From an uncultured Candidatus Saccharibacteria bacterium (GTDB taxonomy: Bacteria; Patescibacteriota; JAUYIX01; CAYMIK01), in the NCBI GenBank assembly GCA_964390745.1, contig CAYMIK010000002.1, positions 26,866 through 90,865 of the forward strand: 64,000 bases of DNA, read 5' to 3'. A model generated the notes under the pieces. The model was not told the DNA's origin. It did no database searches and saw only the letters and a list, made by a program, of their open reading frames with translations. The position numbers and the translations under genes are program-made. Each line of letters opens with the position of its first letter. Position 1 is the stretch's first letter. Of this stretch, positions 9,660-20,217 are shown one piece after another.

Positions 9660-11057
9660 CTAGCGAATATTTCGTAGGTGTTTTTGGTTTTGGAGCACAT
9701 GGAAGATGCTTCCAAACATCGCAAGGAGAATCCAGTACAGCGTTGTGTTTTGGTAGAGATTATCAAAAAAACTCACGAACATCATGCCTAATGTCTCAGC
9801 GAGAATAAGGTACACAAGTACTCGCTCCTTTTGTGACGAGGCTCTTTTGAGATATAAGATAACCTCCGAAGAAAGCATTGCGAAAAAACCAATGAACGCG
9901 GCAAGGCCTGCGACCCCAAGTTCTACAAGAAGCTTCAGGTAGTCGTTGTGCGCATCAAACGATGTGTTGATTTCGTTTTCAGCAAACTGAATAAAGGTTC
10001 CGCCGCCGTAGCCTTTCAGAAGATGTTCTTGTGCGGGTCCGAGAATAGCATTCCAAAACTGGAATCTCCAGGTAACAGAGGTATCGGGGTTTAATTGGGC
10101 TGTTTGTAAAAGCCTTGAGACGATCGATATTTGAGTTGGTTGAAATGACGTATAGGCCTGCAGGAAAAGCCCAAGGGCGACTACGGCAAAAAGAGTGCCA
10201 AATGCCAACACCGTGAGTCGTGCAAAGTGTTCACGAAAGAAAACTATACTCAAAAGAGCTACGCCAATTACCGCGTAACCCCAGCCAGCACGCGAGAACG
10301 TAAAGACCAGCAAAAATCCGTAAAAGAGAAACAGCACGCCGTAGGTTCGTTTATACAACGGAAAAAGAACCATGAGTGCCAGAGCAAGAATCATCAGGGC
10401 TGCAAGGTAGTGGCCAAAGAGTGATGGGTGAGCAAAGGTTCCGAGAATTCGATTGCTGCTGGCTTCATCGGCGAGACCTGTTTTGGTAATGAGCTGATAC
10501 AAACCAATCACCACGGGGGAGATGGAAGAAGCAAAGATGGCCGTAGTTATCGTGCGCACGTCGTGCAGATTTTTGGTGAATTCAAAGCCAAGCAAAAAGA
10601 TAACAACGTAGCTTGCAATACGTATGGTTTCGCCAAAAACGGTTATTGGATCGCGGGTAAAAATAATTGAAGCAAGTGTTGCCAAAACCAAAAGAGCGAG
10701 TGGATAAAAAACAGGAATGCGGAAAACGCGCGTACGTTTGTACAAAAGATAAAATATGCCCCAGCCAACAACGAAGATTCCAAAGATCGCATTGAGGTTA
10801 ATAATGAGAACATTTTGAATATTGAATGAAACGCGCTGTCCCAGCATGTCGATGAGCGGACGCGCAATAAGAAGGGCGATAAATCCAGCTTTTGGGCGCA
10901 CCACAAAAAGTGGCGCAATGAGTACCACGGCAAATGCTGACAAGATCTTTAAGATGTCAGCGTTGACTATAATGAGCACGGTGGCAACGATAGTTCCCAG
11001 AAGAACCAGCATTGCCGCAAAAAATTGTGACTGGCGCGTGGTAAGGCTTTGTGACAC
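9660..11057 (-). CDS. O-antigen ligase/polymerase family protein
   Basis: RILGTFAHP, TFSRAG, WR..FW and AHNDYLK motifs; start uncertain (GTG 11057 or ATG 11012). Confidence 0.85.
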   Translation of the reverse strand: MSQSLTTRQSQFFAAMLVLLGTIVATVLIIVNADILKILSAFAVVLIAPLFVVRPKAGFIALLIARPLIDMLGQRVSFNIQNVLIINLNAIFGIFVVGWGIFYLLYKRTRVFRIPVFYPLALLVLATLASIIFTRDPITVFGETIRIASYVVIFLLGFEFTKNLHDVRTITTAIFASSISPVVIGLYQLITKTGLADEASSNRILGTFAHPSLFGHYLAALMILALALMVLFPLYKRTYGVLFLFYGFLLVFTFSRAGWGYAVIGVALLSIVFFREHFARLTVLAFGTLFAVVALGLFLQAYTSFQPTQISIVSRLLQTAQLNPDTSVTWRFQFWNAILGPAQEHLLKGYGGGTFIQFAENEINTSFDAHNDYLKLLVELGVAGLAAFIGFFAMLSSEVILYLKRASSQKERVLVYLILAETLGMMFVSFFDNLYQNTTLYWILLAMFGSIFHVLQNQKHLRNIR

Positions 11058-11091
11058 TAGATTCTTTTTACAGATAACGTATAATGCGGAT

Positions 11092-12324
11092 ATGAGGATT
11101 TTGCATGCCAACAAGTTTTATTTTCCAAAGCGGGGAGCGGACCGCATCTTTTTTAATTTGACCGAACTCTTAGAAAGGCACGGCCACGAAGTGATTCCGT
11201 TCTCCATGCAGCACCCAAAAAATCTGAAGTCAAATTTTAGAGAATATTTCGTAAGCCAGGTGCACTTTGAAAATCCTACTACCATTATAGAGAAATTTCG
11301 CGTCTTGGGAAGGATGATGTACTCATTTGAAGCGCGCCGTAAACTTTCAGCGCTTCTCGATGCGTATCCGTGTGATATTGCACACCTCGAAACCATCTAT
11401 CATCAGATCTCACCTTCCATTTTGAGCGTCATGAAAAAACGTGGTATGCCGATTGTTATGACTGTTCACGACTACAAGCTCATGTGCCCAAACTACAAAA
11501 TGTACACGCAAGACGCGGTGTGTGAGCGATGCTTCAAGCACAAGTACTACAATGCCGTAACGCATAAGTGTATCCAAAATAGTAGCATTGCTTCGGTGCC
11601 CGTGATGCTTGAAATGTACTTCCACAAAATCATGAAGTTTTACGAACGATACGTTGACGTCTTCTTGGCATCGAGCGAGTTCATGAAGAACAAGTTGGTT
11701 CAGTGGGGTTTTGACGAGAAAAAAGTGCTTGTTTTGAACAACTTTATTGACACCTCATTTTTTACGGCTGGCAAACAGGACCAGGGCTACTTCTTATTCT
11801 CTGGTGGACTTGAAGTTGAGAAGGGCGTTCTTACTATTGCGCGAGCAGTGAAGAAGTCTAAGAAGCTCCGCGTTGTTTTTACGGGTACGGGTAACCTTGA
11901 AAAGTATCTGCATGAATTCGTTGAGAAGAATAGCTTGCATCATCAGATTGAGTTTCGAGGATTTGTTGAGCGCGAAGAAACGCGACGACTCCTTCAGAAC
12001 TGCACTGCGCTCTTGGCACCCTCTGAGTGGTACGATAACAACCCACTCACTATCATTGAAGCAACGGCCTGTGGCAAGCCAGTTATTGGTACGGAAATAG
12101 GTGGGATTCCTGAGTTGATTGAAGATGGGAAAACGGGATTCGTTATCAAGCCCGGTGACCATATTGCACTTGCATCGCTCATGGAACGTTTGGCGATGAA
12201 TCACTCCGAAGCCGCTGCAATGGGCCGAAGAGCACTTCGAAACTCCACGCGATTTTCGCCCGAAAAGCACTACAACGCCGTTATGTCGGTCTATAACGAT
12301 CTCTTGGCCAAGAAGGCTACGTAA
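11092..12324 (+). CDS. Glycosyltransferase family 4
   Basis: MRILHANKF.F..RGA start, HDYKLMCP, PSEWYDNNPL.IIEA..CGKPVI; true start reassigned from 10822 (TATAAT 6 nt before ATG 11092). Confidence 0.9.
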   Translation: MRILHANKFYFPKRGADRIFFNLTELLERHGHEVIPFSMQHPKNLKSNFREYFVSQVHFENPTTIIEKFRVLGRMMYSFEARRKLSALLDAYPCDIAHLETIYHQISPSILSVMKKRGMPIVMTVHDYKLMCPNYKMYTQDAVCERCFKHKYYNAVTHKCIQNSSIASVPVMLEMYFHKIMKFYERYVDVFLASSEFMKNKLVQWGFDEKKVLVLNNFIDTSFFTAGKQDQGYFLFSGGLEVEKGVLTIARAVKKSKKLRVVFTGTGNLEKYLHEFVEKNSLHHQIEFRGFVEREETRRLLQNCTALLAPSEWYDNNPLTIIEATACGKPVIGTEIGGIPELIEDGKTGFVIKPGDHIALASLMERLAMNHSEAAAMGRRALRNSTRFSPEKHYNAVMSVYNDLLAKKAT

Positions 12325-12355
12325 GCGCTTCACGGGGCATTTTTAGGGCACGGTC

Positions 12356-12384
12356 TTGACAAAAACTCCATAGTACTGTATTCT
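12356..12384 (+). promoter_or_regulatory. Sigma70-type promoter
   Basis: TTGACA-17 nt-TATTCT. Confidence 0.6.
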
Positions 12385-12437
12385 ACATGGCTTTCTCTCG
12401 AACTCGCCTCATTATTTGAATTTCTCCCAAACCTTGT

Positions 12438-13586
12438 ATGAAAATCGCTTTTATAGGCCAAAAAGGAATACCAGCAACTTACGGTGGCATTGAACGCTAC
12501 GTAGAGGAGCTTTCAACGCGACTTGCTGATCGTGGCCACGCGGTGTGGGTATATGTTCGAAACTACTACACGCCAGGAACCGACACGATCTACAAAGGTG
12601 TGTATCTTGTTCGAATTCCTACCATCCGCTCAAAGCACTTGGACACCCTTGTGCATGTATTTTTGAGTACGCTCGACCTTATTCGTCGAGATGTAGATAT
12701 TATCTATGTTCATGCGGTTGGTCCTTCGGCGCTGATTCCGTTGATGCGACTTTTGAAGCCGAGGGCGAAAGTTATTTCCGTGTTTCAATCGCGCGATGAT
12801 CTCCATGCGAAATGGGGAAGGTTTGCACGGTTCTGTTTGCGAATTGGAACCTGGTTTGCATGTAAGATGCCACACGCAACAGTTACGAGCAGCAAGATTC
12901 TTCACCAGTATGCCATGGAAAAATATCATGCTGACACCGTTCAGATTTATAACGGCGCACCGTCACCAAAAGAACTGCATGGCAATGAAATGGAACAAAA
13001 ACTTGGAATTACCCAGGGTTCGTATTTCTTGATGGTCACTCGATTTGTTCGACACAAGAACATTCACAAAGTTATTCGTGCGTTTAAGAACCTGAAAACC
13101 GACAAGAAGCTTGTTATTGCGGGCGGTGCGGTGTATACGGATAAGTACTACCAAGAGATTCAGGAACTCGCAAAGGGTGACGACCGTATTATTTTGCCAG
13201 GTGTTGTCTCGGGAAACAATTTGTGGGAACTCTATCAAAAGGCATATGCCTTCGTTCAGGCTTCTGGAAGTGAAGGTATGCCACTTGCCGTTTTGGAAGC
13301 TATGTCCTTTGGATGTGGAATTATCGCGAGTGATATTAAAGAGCACTACGAAGTTCTCGAAGAAGCTGCGCTCTACTTTGATGTAAACAGCGTTAGTGAA
13401 CTTACGGCATTGATGGGCCTGGCACTCACGCAGCCACAATCATTGTTTGAAAAAGGAACATTGGCTCGACAACGTGCACGAAACGTCTTTAGCTGGGAAC
13501 GAATTACGGATCAGGTTGAATGGCTTTTTGAAACCGTCATCAACGATCCAGAATCTGTAAAAGTCTTCTCAGAGAAGATTCGATAA
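12438..13586 (+). CDS. Glycosyltransferase family 4
   Basis: MKIAFIGQKGIPATYGGIE and EGMPLAVLEAMS motifs. Confidence 0.9.
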   Translation: MKIAFIGQKGIPATYGGIERYVEELSTRLADRGHAVWVYVRNYYTPGTDTIYKGVYLVRIPTIRSKHLDTLVHVFLSTLDLIRRDVDIIYVHAVGPSALIPLMRLLKPRAKVISVFQSRDDLHAKWGRFARFCLRIGTWFACKMPHATVTSSKILHQYAMEKYHADTVQIYNGAPSPKELHGNEMEQKLGITQGSYFLMVTRFVRHKNIHKVIRAFKNLKTDKKLVIAGGAVYTDKYYQEIQELAKGDDRIILPGVVSGNNLWELYQKAYAFVQASGSEGMPLAVLEAMSFGCGIIASDIKEHYEVLEEAALYFDVNSVSELTALMGLALTQPQSLFEKGTLARQRARNVFSWERITDQVEWLFETVINDPESVKVFSEKIR

Positions 13587-13598
13587 TAGAACTGATGC

Positions 13599-13628
13599 AT
13601 AAAACTGGCGCACAAGCGCCAGTTTTAT
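13599..13628. terminator. Bidirectional intrinsic terminator
   Basis: ATAAAACTGGCGC-ACAA-GCGCCAGTTTTAT between convergent genes. Confidence 0.85.
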
Positions 13629-13629
13629 T

Positions 13630-16600
13630 TTAGTAGTAGTCTGTAATTTGAACGCCGGTGTAGTAGTGCTGCAAGATTTGCGTGTAACTTCGGCCTTCGT
13701 TGGCTTGTTGTAGTGCGCCGTATCCCGAGAGGCCTACGCCGTGGCCATTCATTGGGCCAGGACTTGACCAGTGATCATCAACGGAAACGAGGTAAGGGTA
13801 TGCACCGGGAGTTCCGCCCCAGACTTCTTGGTAGCTTCTGGTTCTGCCATCACTTCGAGAGAAGTATGGAGTCAGCGCAATGGCACTGCGATAGGTAACC
13901 ATCTGGCCCTTTGTCTCATTTACTGCCTGAACGATGTGAGGCGAGCGTGATTCAAGACCATAGCCTTTGTACACCTGATCGCCAGAAGTGTTGTTGAGGT
14001 CAAAGTGTTCGTTTGCGTGCTTGCCACCGCGTTGAACATTGTAGTACGCGTACGTTCGTTCCGCGACGGACATGGTCTTGAGGTGTGTGTAGGTAGTGCT
14101 ATCACTTTGTTCGGCGATACCTTTGAGGTAGTCTTCCATCTTAAGTTCGTTGATTGCCCAGAAGTTTCCCGTAGAGCCACTTCGCCATGCCAATATGTTT
14201 CCTCGGAAGGTGTTGTCATCAAGTGACGTGTTGAAGCCTGGATGGTCGTGGTAGTTATAAACCTTCAGGATAGTGCCCGTGTTTGGAATAAAACGAACAT
14301 AGTCGGTGGTGGTAACATTTACACCCGGTCCCGCCAAGCGATAATAACTATTTCCACCTTCAACGGTAACAGTTGCAACGTTGCCTGATGCAAATGTACC
14401 CAAAAGTGAACCATCGCCACCTTTCACGGCACGGAATGCGCCATTTCCGGAAACCTGTACCTGTGATAACGCGGCAATACCAATCTTTATTGTGGGCTCA
14501 GAAAGGGTAGAGCGAACATGAATACGAATCGTTCCGGTTGACGATGGCATCCAGGCAACACCTTGTGCGGTCAGCTTGAACTGTTCAGTATAGTCACCGG
14601 TAGTGTCAGGAGCTTGCAGATAGAAGGTGAATGTTCCCGTGGCGTTTGGTGCAACGGAGGTTGAGTCCATCACTGTAGGACGGTAGTAAGCTGGCCAACT
14701 GCTGTCTTCAAAAGTTGAGTGTCGGTTTGCTGGGTTGGTGGTTTGGAGTGAAACGTAGGCATCGCCCGTATTACTCCAGGTTCGTGTGCCGGTATTTTTG
14801 TAGTTGAAAGTAAACGATGTTCGGCTTCCAGGTGAAACGGTGATCTCCGTTGCTGTCTGGCTGGTAACTTGGCCGTTGTATCGTGGAGTTACGGTAATGT
14901 AGAAGTTCGTTGTCGTACTCAAGACCGTTTGACCGGCAGACTTCATATAGAAGCTTTCGGTATAACTGCCCACCATTTGATCTGGCGTATTGAGCCTGAA
15001 ATTGAATGTTGCCGAAGCACCTGGCACGACATCGTGATCAAGAATATCAACGGCACCCGCAGGCCACGTGATATCTTGGAATGGTGAAACGCGTCCGCCA
15101 GGAGCGGTATATAAACCATCGCCGGCATGCCAAGTCTCAGAACCAATATTTTTTATCGTCAAAGAGAGGTCGCGGGAAGCGTGATCTTCCATGATAATAG
15201 TTTCAGGAGACTTTGCGGTAATCTGTCCTTCATATGGATTCAAGGCGCGTACGGTCAGGTCAAAGCTTGTTCCCGCAATCCACGTAACATTTTCAGCAAC
15301 CGCTTGGAAGTATTCTTTGTAGGTCCCAGCAGTTTTTGGTGCCTTGATGGTGAAATCAAATTCACCAACTTGGCCTGGGCGAACCTCCGCTGTTGTCATG
15401 CGGCCCGGTCGGTAGGGGTATTCTGTCCAGGTGGCGGGATCTTTGATGGCGGAATTCTTCCCTGGAGGGTTGTTGACGTTCAAGGCAATAAAATTGCTTC
15501 CGCTGTTTTTCCAGGTTGCGCTTCCGGTATTCTTAATTCGAGCCGTAATCTCTTGTGTTTCGTTGACGTCGAGCGTTGGCCCTGGGGTAACAGAAACCAC
15601 CTCACCCTTGTATGGGCCAATAACATTCACGTGAAGTGTAAAGTGACTGCCGGTAATCCACGTAATGCCTTCCGAAACGGCCTGGAAGCCTTCGTTGTAG
15701 ACCTTGGTAGTGGTTGGTGCTTTCAGTATAAATTTAAAGTAACCCCATTCGCCCGGATTCAACGTGTCGGGACTGCTCAAGAGCGTTGGGCGATACGAAA
15801 GAGGCCAGCTTGCGCTGTCATAAAATGCCGAGCTTCTGCCCGCGGGATCTTGCAAGTTTAGGGCAACGAAGTTTGGTCCTGTTTTTGTCCATGCTCGAGT
15901 TCCGATATTTTTCATCCAGATAGCGACGGTGGTTTTTTGCCCGGGCGCAACGTCAATATTTCCGTCACCAGGAAGTTCGTCAATTTGAGCTTTGTAGCGA
16001 AGACTTACGTGAACGTGCAGTGTAAATTGGCTGCCATCAATCCAGGTGAGGCCGGATGCCACGAGTTTGAAAGTTTCATCGTAATCTGCTTCGAGGCCAC
16101 GTGAATCGCGCATCACAAAACTAAACGTTCCAATGCCTCCCGGTGGCACCGATGCTTCTTTGAGTTTGGCTGGGCGATACGATGCGAGCCAGCTGGAATC
16201 GTAGAAAACGGAGTTTCTATTTGCGGGGTCGGCTGTTTGTAAGACAACCGCATTGGGGCCTGAGTTGCTCCACAGTGCGTCACCGGTATTTTTGATCTTT
16301 ACGGTTACGGTGTGCCAGTTTTTATCCTCGAGGTTGACAAGGTCGGGGACACTGTTCAATTCGGCGGCGTACGGGTTGTAGTCTCCATGAGGTGTTGCGT
16401 TTATTGCAGCTTGTGCACCGTTTCGAATTTCCGCTACATCAGCATAAAGATCCGTTCCTGGACACGAGGTGTAGTCAACGTCACGATGTCCGATGACGCC
16501 TGGCATATTTCGATCAACAAAGTAGCTGACGGTTGTTGGATTAATATTGTTTTGAATTCCCTTGTACCCAATAAAATTGATGAGGGCATTTTTTGTCGCA

Positions 16601-17574
16601 GTAGTTACTGTGTCGTTGTCATAGTTTCCAAGGACAGATATGCCAATAGAACCAGGGTTGTAACTCACAGAGCTTCCGCCCGATTCTGTTCGGAGAGCGT
16701 GTGCGCCAATAACGCCGTTGCCACCATAGCGCCCTTCGTAAATATTTCCATGCTCGTCTGCGACGTAGTTGTAACCAATATCTCCCCAGCCACGTGTAAC
16801 GGCATGGTATCGATAAATCCCACGAATGACTGATGCTGGATCGCTTCCACCCTGAGCACCAGCAGTGTGATGGATGATAAACTTTTTAGGTGCGGAGTAT
16901 TGTGGTGTCCAGTCCATGATGGATTCATCAGCGCCCCACTCGGCACGGCTAATAACCCGCGGAGTCGTTACTGCGCCCTTTGTCTGTATAGAGCTGAAAT
17001 TCATTTGCGGACCTGGGCGAGAGTCGAGGTAGTGTGCCTGAATATCTGAAACGATAGGAGTAACGGCTTGATTGCTCGTTGAAAGCACTGCCTTGATAGC
17101 AAAACTTGTTGCACCGCTGCTGACAAAATTTAACTCGCTAAAGTGTTCCTTGGTATCTGGATCTTGCATGTCTTCGTTTTCTGGAAGCGGAAGCCAGTTG
17201 CTTGTCACACCATTTGCGGTGGTCTGCATATAAAAGCTTGCATGTGTTCCTTGCGGCTGATCAATCTTCCATGTAACGGCAAGTGCGTTAAAGTTGTAAT
17301 CTGCTTGCACTTGACCAGTGGTAAATTCATGACTTTGTTCAAATGCAGACCCATTTTTTGAAAGTTGCAGCGTCGTGTTTGTGGCTCGCGTGCTGATGCC
17401 CGAGCTCGAAGATCCACCGAAACCCAAAGAGACGTCACTCACGGAGTTGTTCTGCGGTGCGAGCGCAGCTTTTGCGGTATTGGCAAAATGAAAATTTCCT
17501 GCCAATGGAAGCATGGCAAGAATGGCAACGATACCAACGAGAGAGTATTTTGTTTTTTCGCTCCAAACTTTCAT
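13630..17574 (-). CDS. Secreted multidomain peptidoglycan hydrolase: Amidase_2 (PGRP-like) + 5 NBR1-like Ig domains + SpoIID/LytB domain
   Basis: Signal peptide; HHTAG, GWGDIGYN, GAHA, GHRD..TSCPG; five ~120-aa KN.G...W repeats; EDYLKGIAE, DQVYKG and GHGVGLS..GA SpoIID motifs. Confidence 0.88.
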   Translation of the reverse strand: MKVWSEKTKYSLVGIVAILAMLPLAGNFHFANTAKAALAPQNNSVSDVSLGFGGSSSSGISTRATNTTLQLSKNGSAFEQSHEFTTGQVQADYNFNALAVTWKIDQPQGTHASFYMQTTANGVTSNWLPLPENEDMQDPDTKEHFSELNFVSSGATSFAIKAVLSTSNQAVTPIVSDIQAHYLDSRPGPQMNFSSIQTKGAVTTPRVISRAEWGADESIMDWTPQYSAPKKFIIHHTAGAQGGSDPASVIRGIYRYHAVTRGWGDIGYNYVADEHGNIYEGRYGGNGVIGAHALRTESGGSSVSYNPGSIGISVLGNYDNDTVTTATKNALINFIGYKGIQNNINPTTVSYFVDRNMPGVIGHRDVDYTSCPGTDLYADVAEIRNGAQAAINATPHGDYNPYAAELNSVPDLVNLEDKNWHTVTVKIKNTGDALWSNSGPNAVVLQTADPANRNSVFYDSSWLASYRPAKLKEASVPPGGIGTFSFVMRDSRGLEADYDETFKLVASGLTWIDGSQFTLHVHVSLRYKAQIDELPGDGNIDVAPGQKTTVAIWMKNIGTRAWTKTGPNFVALNLQDPAGRSSAFYDSASWPLSYRPTLLSSPDTLNPGEWGYFKFILKAPTTTKVYNEGFQAVSEGITWITGSHFTLHVNVIGPYKGEVVSVTPGPTLDVNETQEITARIKNTGSATWKNSGSNFIALNVNNPPGKNSAIKDPATWTEYPYRPGRMTTAEVRPGQVGEFDFTIKAPKTAGTYKEYFQAVAENVTWIAGTSFDLTVRALNPYEGQITAKSPETIIMEDHASRDLSLTIKNIGSETWHAGDGLYTAPGGRVSPFQDITWPAGAVDILDHDVVPGASATFNFRLNTPDQMVGSYTESFYMKSAGQTVLSTTTNFYITVTPRYNGQVTSQTATEITVSPGSRTSFTFNYKNTGTRTWSNTGDAYVSLQTTNPANRHSTFEDSSWPAYYRPTVMDSTSVAPNATGTFTFYLQAPDTTGDYTEQFKLTAQGVAWMPSSTGTIRIHVRSTLSEPTIKIGIAALSQVQVSGNGAFRAVKGGDGSLLGTFASGNVATVTVEGGNSYYRLAGPGVNVTTTDYVRFIPNTGTILKVYNYHDHPGFNTSLDDNTFRGNILAWRSGSTGNFWAINELKMEDYLKGIAEQSDSTTYTHLKTMSVAERTYAYYNVQRGGKHANEHFDLNNTSGDQVYKGYGLESRSPHIVQAVNETKGQMVTYRSAIALTPYFSRSDGRTRSYQEVWGGTPGAYPYLVSVDDHWSSPGPMNGHGVGLSGYGALQQANEGRSYTQILQHYYTGVQITDYY
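14515..16371 (-). repeat. Five diverged tandem protein-level Ig-like repeats
   Basis: Repeated Y.(G/A)....KN(T/I)G...W....P...S.F...W...RP....V.PG..G.F.F...AP....Y.E.F pattern. Confidence 0.8.
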
Positions 17575-17717
17575 TTTTGAGACTTTTGTTATTGACCATC
17601 AAGAAAACAGGTCGGTAGCAGCATTTCCCTTTGAATCAACCTTGACGCCAAGAATTGTGAGTTTTATTTGTGCATGTTATAATCAGTGCTGCTACGAGCT
17701 GAAATACACAAACAAAA

Positions 17718-20120
17718 TTGTCACGAATCAATACTTGTAAAAAACTTCTTGCGTCTATACTTATTATATTCGAAATAGGTTTTTTTTCAATAGGTTTTGA
17801 GGCGGCAGCTTCGACACAAACTGTGGAAAAAGTCAATGCAGCAGCTGGCACCAATAATTACATAAACAATGAAGTGATAGTAGAGCTTAAAGACCCGAAA
17901 GAGTCTGTCTCTTCAGCTTCGAACACTATATTTACTCAAGTAGTCTCGGGATTTCGACCTATTGCTATGAATGTTCAGCGCGAAACGCATATTCGAAAGA
18001 ATCGTGGCGCGCGATTCTTGTTGCAGATTGCAGACGGAACGGACCCCCAGGTTGTTGCAAAGAAGCTTTTGAATCGTCCAGGTGTTCTTTCTGCTTCACC
18101 GAATTTTATTTACCACACGGCACAAACATCAAACGATACGAACTTTGCACTCAAGGATGATTTATACAATACCGGAAGTAACTCTGGGAGAACGAGTGAG
18201 ACGAAGGATGCCGACATTGATGCCGAAATTGCGTGGAATACCACAAAGGGCGCGGGGAGTGTGATTGCGGTCATTGATACGGGAGTGCAACTCACGCACC
18301 CAGATCTTGATGGCAATCTGTGGACCAACCCCGACGAGCCTTCAAATGATAACGCTGATGCACCTGACGGAAATACTTTTATTGGCGACACTAATGGCTG
18401 GGACTTCGTTTCGCATGACAATAATCCGAACCCAGCACCTTCGGGTGCAGAAACAGGCCACGGAACACACGTTGCTGGTATTGCAGCTGCAGAAGTGAAT
18501 AACTCTGCGGGCATTGCTGGCGTTGCGCCAGAGGCAAAGATTATGGTGCTTCGGGCTTTTGATGGAAACGGAAGTGCGACAAGTGATGATGTCATTGCTG
18601 CCATTGATTATGCTATTCAAAATGATGCAAATGTTATCAATATGAGCTTTGCAACGGGACCAGGGGAGTACGACACGAGTTTCGATGCACCCTTGCAAGA
18701 TGCGTACAACAACAATATTGTTCCCGTAGCAGCGGCGGGGAACGACAATATTGATCTCAACAGTCAAAGAGTCTCGCCTGTAACGAATGACTGCGGTTCA
18801 ACGGATTGCGTCATCGGTGTTGCAGCCACGTCCAACGCAGACTATATGGCCTCGTACTCAAACTTTTCAAGTGGCGCAAACAAGTATGTTGATGTTTCAG
18901 CCCCGGGTGGTGTAACAGTATCGAGTCGTGCGATTTATTCCACCCTGCCGGGCTCAACCTATGGATACGAGGCTGGAACATCAATGGCGACACCGCAAGT
19001 AACCGGACTGGTTGCGCTTTTGCATGCAACAAACCCTTCTCTGACGGCCTCACAGATTATTTCACAGATTCGCAACAACACTGACCCCGCAAATTCTTCC
19101 AACATTGGTACTGGTCGAATCAATGCCGCGCATGCGGTGAATAACAGCATCATGAGCCGATTCGATGCGAGTGGAGGAAATCATTACAGCATCTCGAATC
19201 AGGTGAGCCAGATGCGGTTCCCACAAGATGGCACGGCAACTTCAGTGTTGATCGCTTCTGGGACAAATTTCCCCGATGCCTTGGCTGGTGGTGGTTTGGC
19301 GAAATCAAAAACGGCGCCACTTATTTTAACGAGTCCGAGTGGACTTAGCTCTTCTTCTCTTACAGAGATTCAGCGAGCGCTTTCGAATTCAACGAAGAAA
19401 ATTTATATACTTGGTGGCACGAGTGCTGTCTCTTCAAACATCGAGACGCAACTTTCTAATGTCGGCTACGCCAACACTGAACGAGTCGCGGGAGACGATA
19501 GGGTAGACACGGCAATTGCCATAGCGAACATCACAAATCCTTCAACCACCTCATACGCATTTGTGGTCAATAAAGATAATTTCCCCGATGGACTTGCGGC
19601 ATCGGCCATCTCTGCGGCCAAGGGAATACCAGTGTTAGTGAATGGCGCGGGCTCGCTTGATGCAAGAAATTCCAGTTGGCTCACAGCACACCATGTTTCG
19701 CGCGTTTTTGTTGTGGGCGGAACAAGTGTTGTGACCGATACCGTAAAAAATCAAATAGGTGCTTTGGGTATTTCGGTAACACGGCTCGCTGGTGCTGATA
19801 GATATGCCACGAGCTATGAAGTTGCGCGATGTTTTTATTCGACTTCGGCAACATCGGTGTGCAATGGTGTTGTGAGTTCGCGGGCTAAACCAAAACAGGT
19901 AGGATATGCAACAGGCATCTACTTTCAGGATGCACTAACTGCTGGGCCGTACATGGGGTACTATGCTGGGCCGGTTCTGCTGGTCTCATCGTCTGTTTCA
20001 AGTTCTGTGACGAGTTACGATGCCATGATTCAGGGAACAGCACGCGATGGATTTGTTTTTGGAACTACTTCGAATGTCTCGCCGTCTGTTTTGAGTACGC
20101 TTGCAGCGCAGTTGAAGTAA
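17718..20120 (+). CDS. S8 subtilisin-like protease with C-terminal cell-wall-binding repeat 2 (CWB2) domains
   Basis: IAVIDTG, GHGTHVAG and GTSMATP catalytic triad; FPDALAGG, ILGGTSAVS, RVAGDDRVDTA and RLAGADRYATS CWB2 motifs. Confidence 0.9.
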   Translation: MSRINTCKKLLASILIIFEIGFFSIGFEAAASTQTVEKVNAAAGTNNYINNEVIVELKDPKESVSSASNTIFTQVVSGFRPIAMNVQRETHIRKNRGARFLLQIADGTDPQVVAKKLLNRPGVLSASPNFIYHTAQTSNDTNFALKDDLYNTGSNSGRTSETKDADIDAEIAWNTTKGAGSVIAVIDTGVQLTHPDLDGNLWTNPDEPSNDNADAPDGNTFIGDTNGWDFVSHDNNPNPAPSGAETGHGTHVAGIAAAEVNNSAGIAGVAPEAKIMVLRAFDGNGSATSDDVIAAIDYAIQNDANVINMSFATGPGEYDTSFDAPLQDAYNNNIVPVAAAGNDNIDLNSQRVSPVTNDCGSTDCVIGVAATSNADYMASYSNFSSGANKYVDVSAPGGVTVSSRAIYSTLPGSTYGYEAGTSMATPQVTGLVALLHATNPSLTASQIISQIRNNTDPANSSNIGTGRINAAHAVNNSIMSRFDASGGNHYSISNQVSQMRFPQDGTATSVLIASGTNFPDALAGGGLAKSKTAPLILTSPSGLSSSSLTEIQRALSNSTKKIYILGGTSAVSSNIETQLSNVGYANTERVAGDDRVDTAIAIANITNPSTTSYAFVVNKDNFPDGLAASAISAAKGIPVLVNGAGSLDARNSSWLTAHHVSRVFVVGGTSVVTDTVKNQIGALGISVTRLAGADRYATSYEVARCFYSTSATSVCNGVVSSRAKPKQVGYATGIYFQDALTAGPYMGYYAGPVLLVSSSVSSSVTSYDAMIQGTARDGFVFGTTSNVSPSVLSTLAAQLK

Positions 20121-20217
20121 GATTGTGTGTGGCAGGGTGGGGTTGTGTCATACAAAAATTCGTTGACAATTTGCCCATTTTCGCGTATGTATAGGGAGTT
20201 AACTTTGAATACATTTC

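Noticed and set aside
10822-11091. N-terminal extension of the GT4 ORF
   Set aside because: It overlaps the divergent ligase gene; the family-typical start and a -10 box are at 11092.
15127-15861. Long antisense ORFs (e.g. 15127-15861, 49980-50696, 41458-42042, 30362-31138)
   Set aside because: They are shadows of well-supported genes on the opposite strand and have no motifs of their own.
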